Shown here: positions 48,121 through 59,432 of the stretch, piece by piece
Position numbering within the stretch: position 1 is the first letter of the stretch
Layout of the letters: every line of letters begins with the position of its first letter
Assembly: GCA_013239625.1 (NCBI GenBank)
Contig: MU054391.1
Coordinates: forward strand, 4,173,824-4,237,823
Origin: Lama guanicoe
Taxonomy: Eukaryota
Length of the DNA stretch: 64,000 bases
Direction: 5' to 3'
Translations under genes and position numbers: made by a program
The notes under the pieces: model-generated
What the model was told of the DNA's origin: nothing
The model's database searches: none
The model's input: only the letters and a program-made list of their open reading frames with translations

Positions 48121-49804
48121 CTCATGTCCCAGGGAAAAGTGACATGTATATCCTAACACCAAGGCTGGTTTTCCACCCACAGCTATGGCGTGAGAGAGAC
48201 ACGAAGAGAAGAAAACCATGAAGACTTCCATCTCCAGCCCTGAGGAGAAGAAAGCACTTCTGACGTCAGTAGTTGAGTTGACAGGTAGCTCAGAGCACTG
48301 CGTTTGCTGAGTTAGCATTGCAAATACATCCCCGTTTGGCGTGATTACATTTAACGCTGGTCTGGGTCCATTCTGTGCACCATAGACCCCGGGCCTCTGC
48401 AGATTGTGTGTGGAGCTCGGGGAGCTGCAATTTCCATCACCATCTAAGTGAACGCTGCTCCCCACCTCCCAGATCAGCCCTGGGATGGTTGCCAGGAGGC
48501 TGAAGTGATAAGCGTGAAAACGTGGGAGAGTCTGAGTGGTCAGCACAAGCCATCAGTACAGCCATCAAGATGGTTGAGATTTGTGTCTTATTGGATCAGA
48601 GTTGTCTTCATACACGGGGTTCGGGGGAGCCTATGGGGTAATTGGTTTCAGCTGTCCGACAGCCCTGGCTTTGATAAGGCTCTTACCTCGATTCTCCCGT
48701 CTCACCAGATATTCTGTATGGTGATGTAGTTCTTTCAAATTGAGTGGCTCTTCTCCGTGTTGAATTTGAGACACACACTTTCTGACTGTAAGTTGCCCTC
48801 CCCAGAGAAGCAACGGTCTGATTGATTTATTATGTGCCTTTAAGCAGTAGAACTGCTTGGAGAATTTGCAGACCTCAAAGCCAGAACTATTTCCTTTAGA
48901 AGAACCGTATTTAGGGTGAGATCCTTGAGAGCAGAGACAGTTTCGTGAATCTCTGCATCCACTATATGCAGCAAAATGCCTGCCACGCACGACTCCATTC
49001 AGTGATGCTGGCTGCTCTGTTAAATGATTGAATAACTGAGGGTTCTAGTCTTGAGGTTTGTCTCTTAAACCTGCAGTTCTGTGAGACCATCTGGGTTCCT
49101 ACATGGCCCAGCACTTTCCAATACTCCAGATTTCTTTTTAACGTCTCTATAAGTTATTTTGTTGGTGCAGCCTATGAGCCATAAGGAATACTGAGTGAGC
49201 TCCTGGAATACAGACTAATAACCACCTTCTGGAAGTGATGATTTTCAGTGCAACCCAAGGCCGATGGACTGGACAAGTGAGAGAAGTAAGAGCTACAACC
49301 TGAGGCTCTCGCCTGGCCAGGAGAAATACTGAATGCATGTCAGAGCTCTGCTCTGAACATGCTAACACAGCTTCAAATGCTGCAGTTGAGATGAGCTCAC
49401 AGGGGCCAGAAAGCAGCAAAGTAACACAACACAAAACAAAAATGGAGAAACAAAGGAATGTGCTGCCCAGTGGCTGGTGAGCCCCCCGTGCGGGGATAAG
49501 CAGGCAGCTACCTGGGGGCAGACTCTCAGACTGAAACTCAGTTCACATCTCCCACTCACTCAATGGTACAGCCCTTGGCCTGCCGCTCAGCCTCAATTCC
49601 TGCTCAAATAGCGGGGCTGTGAAGGTCAAGTGAATTAATGAGTATGAATGGGCTTTCTACGCTACAATGCGCTGTACAGATGTAAGTTATTACGCTCTCA
49701 GTATGTGAAAAGAGCGACTGCATTGAATAAAGTGGTCCACTTCCACCAACTTATCAAAACCGGTGTTCTCCATGCTTCACGCATCAGTCATACAGGGGTA
49801 CAAG

Positions 49805-50001
49805 CAGTGGTGTGTTGCAACTGGTCCCCACTGGCTTCTAAGAGCTGACTGTGCGTATCTGTTCTCAGGTCTTCATGCGGCTAGTTTGAAATCAGTCAAG
49901 GTGAGAGTATTTACCCCACACAATTTGGCAAAAACTACAAATCAGGACTTCTTTACTCTCACCTGAGAGATAGCTGTAAAACTTTCACTGGCGCACAACT
50001 G
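49805..50001 (+). mobile_element. MER63A-like hAT-Blackjack MITE, near full length
   Basis: Terminal inverted repeats CAGTGGTGTG...CGCACAACTG and internal TTGAAATC...GGTGAGAGTATTTAC.CCAC...GGCAAA..CTACAAATCAGG. Degenerate 8-bp TSD GGTACAAG/GATATAAT. Confidence 0.85.
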
Positions 50002-51355
50002 GATATAATGTGTTGTGGTTTTTTTTTTCACAGTTAATGTAGCTTTTATTTTTCTCAACCCTTGTAATGATGAGATTTTTCTATTTGTTTTGCACTAGAC
50101 TTTTCAGACACCAGCATTCCCTTGGATGGGCACAATAATCAGTATTCATAAGAGAGAGGCAGGAAAAAAATGCTCTAACGCTCAAGCCTGTGTCCACCTT
50201 TCTCGGATGAATTTAAATTCCAAGGTCTATATATTCTTCGATTCCATATGGTACCATGAGGTCTCAGTAAATATCATTCAATGGCTCTGATTTAGTAACA
50301 GTAACACATATGTGTGTATATATATATTCAAGCCATCTGCCATCTGCTGGACTTTGTGAACGAGTCAGAAGTCTTAGTCAGTATAACAGTGTTCATGGAT
50401 ACGAACCTCCAACCTGACTGAGATGGTTTGAGGCAACTGTTTCTCCCTAATTGTTGAAAAATTGGTAACATCTACATTCTTCAAAGCGGCACTAGCCTCT
50501 AAACTGATGGAAAGAGCGAGCTTTCCGTCTGCCGGCTCCCACTCAAAGATGAGCCCCACTGCAGAAGTCAAGAAGAAGCATCTCCAAAAACAGGGGGGAG
50601 GGAAGTGTTAGAGAGTCTCCCTGTTCATCCAGTCCTACGTACACACCAACTCTATTATAAATTTGACTCCCGTTGGAAGGTTTGGTACCCAAAACGCTAA
50701 TATTCTCTTCAACCGAGGTCCTGAGACTAGCAAAGTATGGCTGTGCCCCAAGTCTGGAAGTTTGGTTTCCCCATGAGGAAGATTTGCATTGGGAAACAGG
50801 CAAAGGGCAGAAAAACCAAAATAGAAACACGAAGATATTGCAAGAATTTTGGGGTGATTTCTGACCTGCTCACTTTCTGCCAGGGCATCCCAGGGAGATT
50901 TTGTCTTCTCAATTTTGAATAGCGTGGTGTTTAAATGATCATTGTGTCCCCCCACCCTCCCTGCTCCCCAATCCAAACAACAAAAGGAGGAATTTAACCT
51001 CATATCCTCGCTCTGAAATTAGCTCTATTGTTAAAAGATGACAGCTGTATCCTGATTTCACGAATTTCGTGTTGGAATAAAACAGCATTTTTGAAACCAT
51101 TGTGTTACTTCAAACAGATCTGTAATGGTCCCTCGGCAAACCATTTTCAGAAGACTTGGGTAAGTAAGATAAAAAGACACCATTTCTGAAGAGTTGCTTT
51201 TATGGGCTAGGTCAGAGTGCTCTCTCCATGTTGTTCATTCCCAGTCGAATTCCCTAATAGTCTATCTCCTCAGCTAACAGATGCCCGGCCTCATGTCGGA
51301 ACCAGATCGCGCCACCGCTGAGATGCTATCCAGCTCCTTTCTTATTGAGCCGTTT

Positions 51356-51373
51356 CCCTAGCAGATGGCGCAG
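51356..51373 (+). promoter_or_regulatory. Candidate CTCF site (forward)
   Basis: CCCTAGCAGATGGCGCAG is close to the CTCF core CCASYAGRKGGCRS. Confidence 0.6.
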
Positions 51374-51561
51374 TGCTGCAGGCATGCTCCTTCCTGTTAA
51401 TTACCAGCCTTCGCTACAGATGGAAATGTCAGTCAGCCTCACAGGTCCTGGTTCCTGCCATTGCCTCAGTCCATAGCCCCTCTACCTAGGCAAGATGCTG
51501 CCAACACACACCATGTGTTTTGTGACTGCTGACTAGGCAGGCAACAAAAAACAACTTGCTT

Positions 51562-51575
51562 CATGAATATTCATG
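51562..51575. promoter_or_regulatory. POU dimer (MORE-type) palindrome
   Basis: Perfect 14-bp palindrome CATGAATATTCATG. ATGAATATTCAT is a MORE variant bound by class III POU dimers. Confidence 0.55.
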
Positions 51576-51699
51576 GCGGAATGTTGAAAGTTCTGTTCAT
51601 CTGCGATGCTTATAGATCTGCTTAAAGGGGGTTGCACCTTCCTCGGAACACTCTGCCCCTTGTTTATCTACACCGAGGAGATGTGAGTTACCAAAGTGA

Positions 51700-51713
51700 G
51701 TTGCCATGGCAAC
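51700..51713. promoter_or_regulatory. Perfect RFX X-box
   Basis: GTTGCCATGGCAAC, the optimal palindromic RFX dimer site. Confidence 0.75.
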
Positions 51714-52703
51714 GTGGAGAGGACCATTAGACGTCGGCCATTTGGAGCCTCATGTAGGCACATCAATTTCTGACTAACCTTCTTCCCGTACATTTAGGTG
51801 TCACTTCATTATTTTTGTCCGGCCGTAACAGACCAGTAGTCACTGGGCTGAACTGATTAGCTAATAACGGTGTTTTTTTTTTTTATTAAAGTCTGATTAT
51901 CTCATCTGCACATACGTAGCCAAAAAATGAAATTCCTTGATCTTTCCTGGTGTTTAAGCGTACTGAATGCAGATAAGTGAATTTCAGCAGACATTCTTTA
52001 TTCATTAAGTCAAATTATTTTATCCTCTGTGGAAAATCCTTTAGGAATCAAAAATGGGTATCTTTTTAGGTTTATAGGAGAAAATTAAGGCTCAGATATT
52101 AAGAGTAGGGAAAGGGAGGGGAGCCTGAACCAGGCATTTTACTGACGGTATTTCAGATAAGATTTCCTCAACTGATCACCACCTCGGGGTGCTGTGTTTC
52201 AGGGTGAGAGCATGTAGGGTGACAAAGAACATCACAGAAGCTCAGGACGGTGTCCTTCCAGCAGGCCTTCCTCTCTCCGTGATTTGACCCAGGGAAGCCA
52301 AGCTTAAATGCCCCCAACACAGGCAAAGAGCTTCAAGTGAGGAGAGCCATTTCCCTCAAGACAAAGGAAGCAGCGAACGGGCAGCTTGAAGGGGGTATGA
52401 GAGTGAGAGGTAGCTATCATGAGTCCTGAAGGGTTTTGTCTGTTTATTTACAAAATGTGAATTGTTTTTCCTTAGATATCTCTTGTGGTGGAATGAGGCT
52501 CCACCCTATAGGGTGGCCAGTGGGGAGGGGGGCTGCTGAGAGAGCACGGCGGGTATGAGACTCCCTGAGCTGGAGAAATGTCTGCAGTGGGGCCGATCAG
52601 AAGATGCTGTCTGGGGCTCCCCGTGAAAACCGTGAAGCTTAAGTCTTCTTTCCAGGCTCCTTTTTTAAGAAGAAGATCTGATTTGTAGGCTTTTCATGTT
52701 TAG

Positions 52704-52898
52704 TTTCTTTCTTTAAAAATTAACTTATTTATTTGTAATATTTTATTTATTTCCATTATTGTATTGTTTAACTATTTTATGTTGGCGTGTTGGGGGAGGT
52801 AATTAGGTTTATTTATTTTTAGAGGATATACTGGGGATCGAACCCAGGACCTCGTGCATGCTAAGCATGTGCTCTGCCATTTGAGCTATACCCTCCCC
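52704..52898 (-). mobile_element. Vic-1-type camelid SINE (tRNA-Ala-derived), full length
   Basis: Minus strand GGGGAGGGTATAGCTCAAATGGCAGAGCACATGCTTAGCATGCACGAGGTCCTGGGTTCGATCCCCAGT with A and B boxes, then AAATAAACCTAATTACCTCCCCC and an A-rich tail. Identical TSD GCTTTTCATGTTTAG at 52689-52703 and 52901-52915. Confidence 0.93.
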
Positions 52899-53729
52899 AT
52901 GCTTTTCATGTTTAGAAGGAAAAGAAAGCATGTTTAGGTATTTTACAGGCAAAACAGATATAAGCTCATTCTGAATGGAGCGCCCAAAAGAAAAAAAACT
53001 ACATATATTTCATGCAGCGCTAGGAAAAATGTACCTCCAGAGGGGTTATGGAGATGATGCCAGGACTGTAGCCAGAGCTCCCCGTTCCCCGGTTCAAAAT
53101 TCACTGTGGTTGCCTCTCACAATGAATACATGCAACCACGTGCACAGAAATGCTAAAGGGGCTCACTGAAAAAATAATAATGTTGATACATATATACACA
53201 TTATGTATAATTTCATTATACTTTTTCTCACATAAAGGACAAGTAGCACTTCATTTACAAATCGTAACAAAATATGCAATACTCTTTATTATAGACTCTA
53301 CAGAAACAATTGATTCTTACAGAATGCTTTCATTGATTTTTGCCAATTCTTCTCTCTGTGACCAATCTGTGGTTTCAATTCAACCATGGCCTGAAAATTG
53401 AATTGCATCCCTTTTCTGATAGCTCTTTTCCCAGAAAATTTATTAGCGTTCAGTCTGATACCTGATCTACTGTTGAACTATTTCTCACTCTTACACAGAC
53501 TGTGTTAGTGAAACTGAAACCTCTTTCAGCTTCTTCACTGTGGATGTCAGAATTTCACTCGTTCAGTGGTGCGAGTGATTTCTTTGTCTAACCAGATAAC
53601 TGTGTTGAAATACTGAAGAATATCTCTTCAGTTCTTTTGTGTTATTCACAAAGCGGTGACGACCTGCACAACACACTTCTAAATTTAATTGCATCACGCA
53701 ATTTTCTCCATCACTTTCTTAAGCCCAGT

Positions 53730-53977
53730 TAGTCAACAAAGCCATAAATCAAACTTTGATTTATAGTGTTTGCCAATTTTTGTGGTATAAATTCTCCAAC
53801 CACAGCCAATATCAAGGTCCCAACATGACATCACTGAATGCAAATTTGGAAAAAGATAAATAGCAGAACATTTGATTTTTAATAATGGACACATTTAACA
53901 GCCAACTTACAAAACTCCTGAAAATTCAGCAATAGATTCCTGCAGGCAGGTGTGAGTCAGCTCAAACACACGACTTT
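53730..53977 (-). mobile_element. MER63B/D-like hAT-Blackjack element
   Basis: GTTTGCCAATTT.TGTGGT.TAAAT.CTCC.ACCA...TTTAACA.CC...AAAA.TCCTGAAAATT...ACAC.ACT is the reverse of MER63. Confidence 0.75.
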
Positions 53978-55709
53978 GTAGTCTAAACTCTATGCGTTCT
54001 TCCCCTCTCACCTCTTTCACGGGAATAAAATCATATTCAAATATGTGTATTTATGAATTTATGAATTTAAATAAATTTGCAAAGTCTTACATAGGAGGAG
54101 CTTGATAAATCACTGAATAAATTGAATTGAATGGATGCACACTTAATGAAGCTAGTTGAAAAGATGAAATGCAAACACATGGAAAGTTTAATGGCATTTG
54201 GCTGGCTTTTGCTTTGTGCCAAGGGAGATTTAACAGGAAGATAAAACTTCAGAGGAGAGCAAGCCATTTCTGTGCAGCTTGGTCAGGGCAGGTAGGGAGC
54301 CTGGCCTGAGCTTAGAAAACGGTTAGGATCTGGATAGATGGGAAAGAGGAAGGGGTATTTGAGTCATTAATCCAAGGAATCCTTACTAATTGATCAGGAG
54401 TCACCGTACACGTTACATTTTATCCTGCTAAGAATCCCCAAAAGACACAGCATGATTCTAAAGAACGTTTCACTGTCCAAGCCAGTGGAAGCATGCGACA
54501 TAAATCTCAAAAACTGCTTAAAGTATTTAAATTACTAAGTTTACCTAAAAAATCTGCTTTTCCCCCTAAAAATTAACCACCGTATCTAAAAGGGAAGAAC
54601 AAAGGAGTCTCCTTTGTACACAGTATCTTTGAAGCTTCTGTAGGACGTAACAGCAAGAACTCATCAGTAAGCTAAAATTCACTCACAGGATTTTGTAGAT
54701 AAGTGAAAACTCTGAATTTGGTCTTCAGAGAGAAAGGGAGAGGAAGCAGGCATGAAATGACAGGTCAAAATGATAAAAGCTTTGACTGCAATTAATTTTT
54801 ATGTGCAGACTGGGACTTGGAGGACTTTCTTACTTTACCAACGTCTGCCCTGAATCGCGGGGTTTAGCACTGGTTCCAGGGGTGACCATGAAGGGGAAAG
54901 TTAGTGCTTTCATCTCTGACTGTGGGACGGAAGAAATTATATGCAGATCTACAGAAAAAAAAGTATAGATTGTTTTGCCATAAAATGAGAAAAGATCTCT
55001 CTAATTCTGAATATAAAAGAATCTAAACCTCTAATGAATAGAAACTACAAATAATTCAAAGAAAAGCGAATATCGAAAAGAATGACCAAAATAATCAAAA
55101 CTGAAAACTGAGCTTGTCAGCAATGTCAAACAGTAAGATTCATGCTGTCCTTAAAACATCAGCAAAGATCATAGAACTTACTATATAATTGCCTCTTCGG
55201 CCATAATGAGGCAGATGTGCTCACACACTGCTCTGAACTGCTATTAATTTGTTCCTAGAAATCAGTTTGACATCGGAATGTAGAACCATAAATTCTACAT
55301 TCTTAGCTAACATTCCTAGGTCCTGAAGAAAGAATCACAAATGTGATCTAAGAATTGTGATTTGTGGAAGCAAATTACCCCCTAAATTTCTAAAAGAAGA
55401 ATTGCTAAACATATTTTGGTGTGTGTATGTGTATGTATGTACGTACGTATGTATGCATGCATATATCTATGTATCTATCTATCTAGCTACCTAATTAATA
55501 ACTAATTATCTAGGAAAATCATCAGAGGAAGAAACTATAACAGAATGTTAAAAGTGGCTGTCACTAAGTAATAGATTAAGGGTGACTTGGGGACTCTGAT
55601 TACATTTTTCAAATTTTCTACATTAAGCAAGTTTTGCTTATATAATCCATTCTGTTTCATCTAACAGAAACCAAAGTTAATTTAGAAAAGAAATATTCTG
55701 CTTTCCAGG

Positions 55710-55925
55710 AGAACAAGGTTTGAATCCAAACAGTCCTAGAATTATATCCTGGTTGGAATCTCTATTTTTTGTGCAACATTAGTTAAAAATTACTTACTCT
55801 TGGGTCTCAGTTTCATGTTTCTTAAAAAGGACAATAGTAGGGTGCTTACAAGATCGCCGTGAGGGTCACATGAACACACCTTAGAGCGCTTGATGTGTGT
55901 GGGCAGGTGGTCAATAATGTTAGTT
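55710..55925 (+). mobile_element. MIR
   Basis: TTACTTACTCTTGGGTCTCAGTTTC.T.T...TAAAA.GG..AATAG...GTGAGG...GGTCAATAATGTTAG. Confidence 0.7.
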
Positions 55926-57216
55926 TCTTCCCCCAAATCAACACACTTCTGAGTGGTGCTAACTAATGAAATCGAAGATCAAAATAAGATCTTCTTCAGT
56001 CTCATTAATTCTATCAAAAAGCCTCCTCCTCATCTGCCCGACCTAGAGCGGGTCAAGCCCGCGCAGTGCTGATAAGCCTCTTGGACACAAGCCGTCCCGG
56101 GTGAGCAGTGGTGCCCTCCTGAGCATCTGCTTGGGATCTTGTTCCTAAGTTTGCCAAAAAATCGTATCATTCAGTTCATGCTGTCTGCTCAAGATATTTG
56201 GGCTGACCTGAAAATAGATAATATTTCGGACAGCCGTTCCCCAGAACAGTAACCCCGGCAGATGCTGGTTTGCGGACCTGGAGCTGAGATGGGAACGTTA
56301 AGACCTCATCCCTTAAAAGCACGACAGCACCTCTGCCCGAAAATGAGGTAGGAACTGACGATGCGTCTCTGAGCTAGAAAGCAAAGTCAGAAGGCAGCGA
56401 GGAGACAGCATGCATCTGCAAGAGGGAAAGAGTGAAATCCGCTTCTGGCCATCGGAGGAGGCTGATGTAATCCGGGCCGACTCCGGGGACGGCGGCGGTG
56501 CCAGCTACGGAGGCCACATGGTTTCTAACGAGGCCAGACCCACTTGCCGCTCGGAAGGCTGGGTGAGCAGCCAGATCTCACCCACGAACAGAACCAGCCT
56601 CAACAGCTGGTGAGTGAATTAACTTCAGGCAAACCGAGCGGATCCAGGCAGAGGGACATTGGAATCCTTCCTTACGGGGAGAAAAAGAAGAGAACAACTT
56701 AGGGAACAAAGCCACTCTAGCTTCTTTATTTTCTTTTAGTTTCTTCTGTCAGGCTCCTTGGGGATAGAAGGAGAAAAGAAGGGAGTTGAAGGGAGTTGAA
56801 GAGAGACGCTATGAGTTTTGAAGAATAGGGGTCAGTGACACACCAGAGCATTGTGAGCCGGCCAGGAGTCTGCGAGTTTTTCAAGCAAACTTCCACTGCT
56901 GTAAAAGGAGAGCTCACTAGGGAATGTGAGCTCTTAAGACCAGAGCACAGCTTTGTATCACCAGCTCTTATGAAAATTCTGGACCCCTATTATTTGCACA
57001 GAAAATATTATCGACTTGTTACATAGAGCTTCCACGTCTGAGATGGACCTGGATGTAGAGTGGGCTGTCCGTATAATCTGTCTCTGGAGGTTCCCGAGCA
57101 GAGGCTGAGGCTGGCCCTGGGAGGATGGCAGAAAGCGCTCCTGAACCGAGGGGAAGACCGCTCCGCATCCCTCGGGAGTTCAGGGACCGCCAGCACCTGG
57201 CAGCGTGAGCACGGTC

Positions 57217-57252
57217 CTGCCACCTGGTGGCTGGATCGCTAAATTGCAAGGG
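57217..57252 (-). promoter_or_regulatory. Candidate CTCF site (reverse) with upstream module
   Basis: Minus strand TGCAATTTAGCGATCCAGCCACCAGGTGGCAG: a consensus core CCACCAGGTGGCAG with TGCAAT starting 18 nt upstream, as expected for the ZF9-11 module. Confidence 0.65.
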
Positions 57253-59134
57253 GAGTTCTCGGCACTCAGCAAGTCGGCCAAGAAGGGAATTTACAGAACC
57301 GGCACGAGGTGAAGCCATTTTGACAAATGTCAGAGAGAGATGTGAGCATTTCAGAAGGATGGGTAGAAGGAAAAATAAGCATATGTTGCGAGAGAAAATA
57401 GCTTCTCTGATGAGAGAGAGACCAAATCACACGTGAGTGGGCAGGCAGGAAACAGAGGAAGCCCGCGCAGCCCCCGGGGGTGTGGGCGGGAGGCCACAGC
57501 GCCGCGGTGAGTGGGTTATTCCCGGAAGATCTGCCTCCTCGCCGGGCTGAGCTCAACCGTTCCTTTGCAGGCCGAGGAGCCAGGGCTCGCGGCGTTCTGC
57601 TCCCCTCCCCTTCTGACACTCTAAACCCCGTATTTTAAACCCTTCCCAAGATGGCACCAAGTCCTTTGCTTTCCTAACCATCAGCATGTCTTACTTCCCT
57701 TTTCCCCTCCCAATTACGTTTATTTCCTCCCTACTTCTTTCTTTATTCCGCAGGGAGTGGACCCCTCCCACATGTCACTGATGGCAATGGGTGTTTGGGA
57801 AATACAGGCAACACTGGGAACACAGAGGAAAGAGAGGGAGGGAAAGTAAATCAGCAGTTAGAGCCTGGAGAGCCACACGCAGTGACGGGGCCAGCCCCCG
57901 GGCTTATGAGAGAGCAGAGCCCTCGCCCCAGAAGGAGTGGGGCTAGGAGAGGCTTCTGGGTGCAGACAATGTCCAGGCGACAACCAAGGATGCGTAGGAG
58001 TTCACAAGACAGAGGTGTCAGTGCTACGGGAGACATTTCAGATAGAAAGAATGGCAGGTAAAGGGGGATTTTAAAAGAGAGACATGCCTATGGAAACACG
58101 AGAGCGACTCTTCCACGGGGAGAGAGGGCCAGAGGCTTGCAAAAGGACAGAGTCATGAGGCTAAGCTGGTGGCTTTGATTTCACCCTGGCAATCTGGCAC
58201 CCTGCTGGAGAATTTGAGCAGGATGAGAGAGGCCACCTGACAGATACGGATAAACATTCTAGAAGGCTCACTGGCCATGCAGGAGGGAGGGACCAATTCT
58301 GGAGGCTGGGGCTGCCCGAGCCAAGGTGGCCTTTAGGAGTGAAGCCACTGAGGGTAAGCGCAGATGAAGGTGGCTGGAGAGCTGTCTGGAGGCCTCATCA
58401 CGGCGCCTGGCCTGCTGGGCAGGAATCATCTGCTCTCCCATCTCGCTCACCAGGCTGTGAACCCCTGGAGGGCAGAGACTTTACCTTGTCCGCTTCCATA
58501 ACCTTATCGCCTATTGCAACGTCTAACACCCAGCAGTGCGGATGTTAAAATAAACAAATACGGGGTACTCCCCGCTAGGCTGGCGCATGGTTTTACAAGT
58601 GTCCTCATTCATCTTCTGTGGCTGATTTCTGCCCTGACACCACTGCCCTTCTCAGTCCCAACTGGGAGGTCAGGGACTGCCTTTCTTTCACGGGATGCAG
58701 CAGCCTCCACATCTGAAGGGAAATATCTTTAAAAGAAGGGAAGTTTTACTGCAGGAGGAAATACATGGTTTCATTAGGTTAGCAACAGAGAAGAATTTGG
58801 GGCTGCTTTCTTTTGGTGAGTTTGCTAAGACAGTACTTCTTAAATCGAGTTATTTGAATCATTTGCAAAAGTCGCAGACTCCCGGGCCCCCTCCCAGACT
58901 GCCAGCACCACGAGCTCTGGAAGCGCAGGAAGCCACACTTTCAGTAGCCTCCCTTCAGGATTCCTCTCTAATGGCCCATGAAGCCACTCTGCAGGGAGTA
59001 CACGTGCCCAGACGGACAGATGCACTGAAAATGCAAATTACCTAGTTCTTCCGGGCTTGTCTCAAAATCAATACACTGTCTTTTGCAAGCAGAAGAGGCA
59101 ATTACCCCAGAGTTTAATGTGTGCTGGTGAGAGT

Positions 59135-59432
59135 TCAAGGGTGCATAGTGGAAAGAGCATAGGTTTTGGAGTTAGAGATACTTACCTTTGATTCCTGGCT
59201 CTGGTCCCCACTGGTCATGTGACTCTGGGCAAAATACTCCATCTCTGGGAGCCTCGGTTTCTTTAATGACAAAATATCAATCTTAGAGCAACTATGCGAA
59301 TTCAGTGGAATTAGCCATCTCCCCATCTATCCATCTCCCCATCTATCTATCTATCTCTCAATCAAGAGAAAAGTGATAGATAGATAAGCTTAGCCTAGCA
59401 CCTGGCAAACAGTAGGCATTTCATAAATTCTA
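59135..59432 (+). mobile_element. Near full-length MIR with internal (ATCT)n expansion
   Basis: ATAGTGGAAAGAGCATAGGTTTTGGAGTTAGA...TGTGACTCTGGGCAA...GAGCCTCGGTTTC...GCACCTGGCA.ACAGTAGGCA. Confidence 0.85.

Noticed and set aside
52825..52898. tRNA-Ala(AGC)-like gene on the minus strand
   Set aside because: It is the head of a SINE: the acceptor stem is disrupted, a SINE body and A-rich tail follow, and TSDs flank it.
53744..53764. Inverted repeat ATAAATCAAA-C-TTTGATTTAT
   Set aside because: Lies inside the MER63-like transposon and is likely explained by it.
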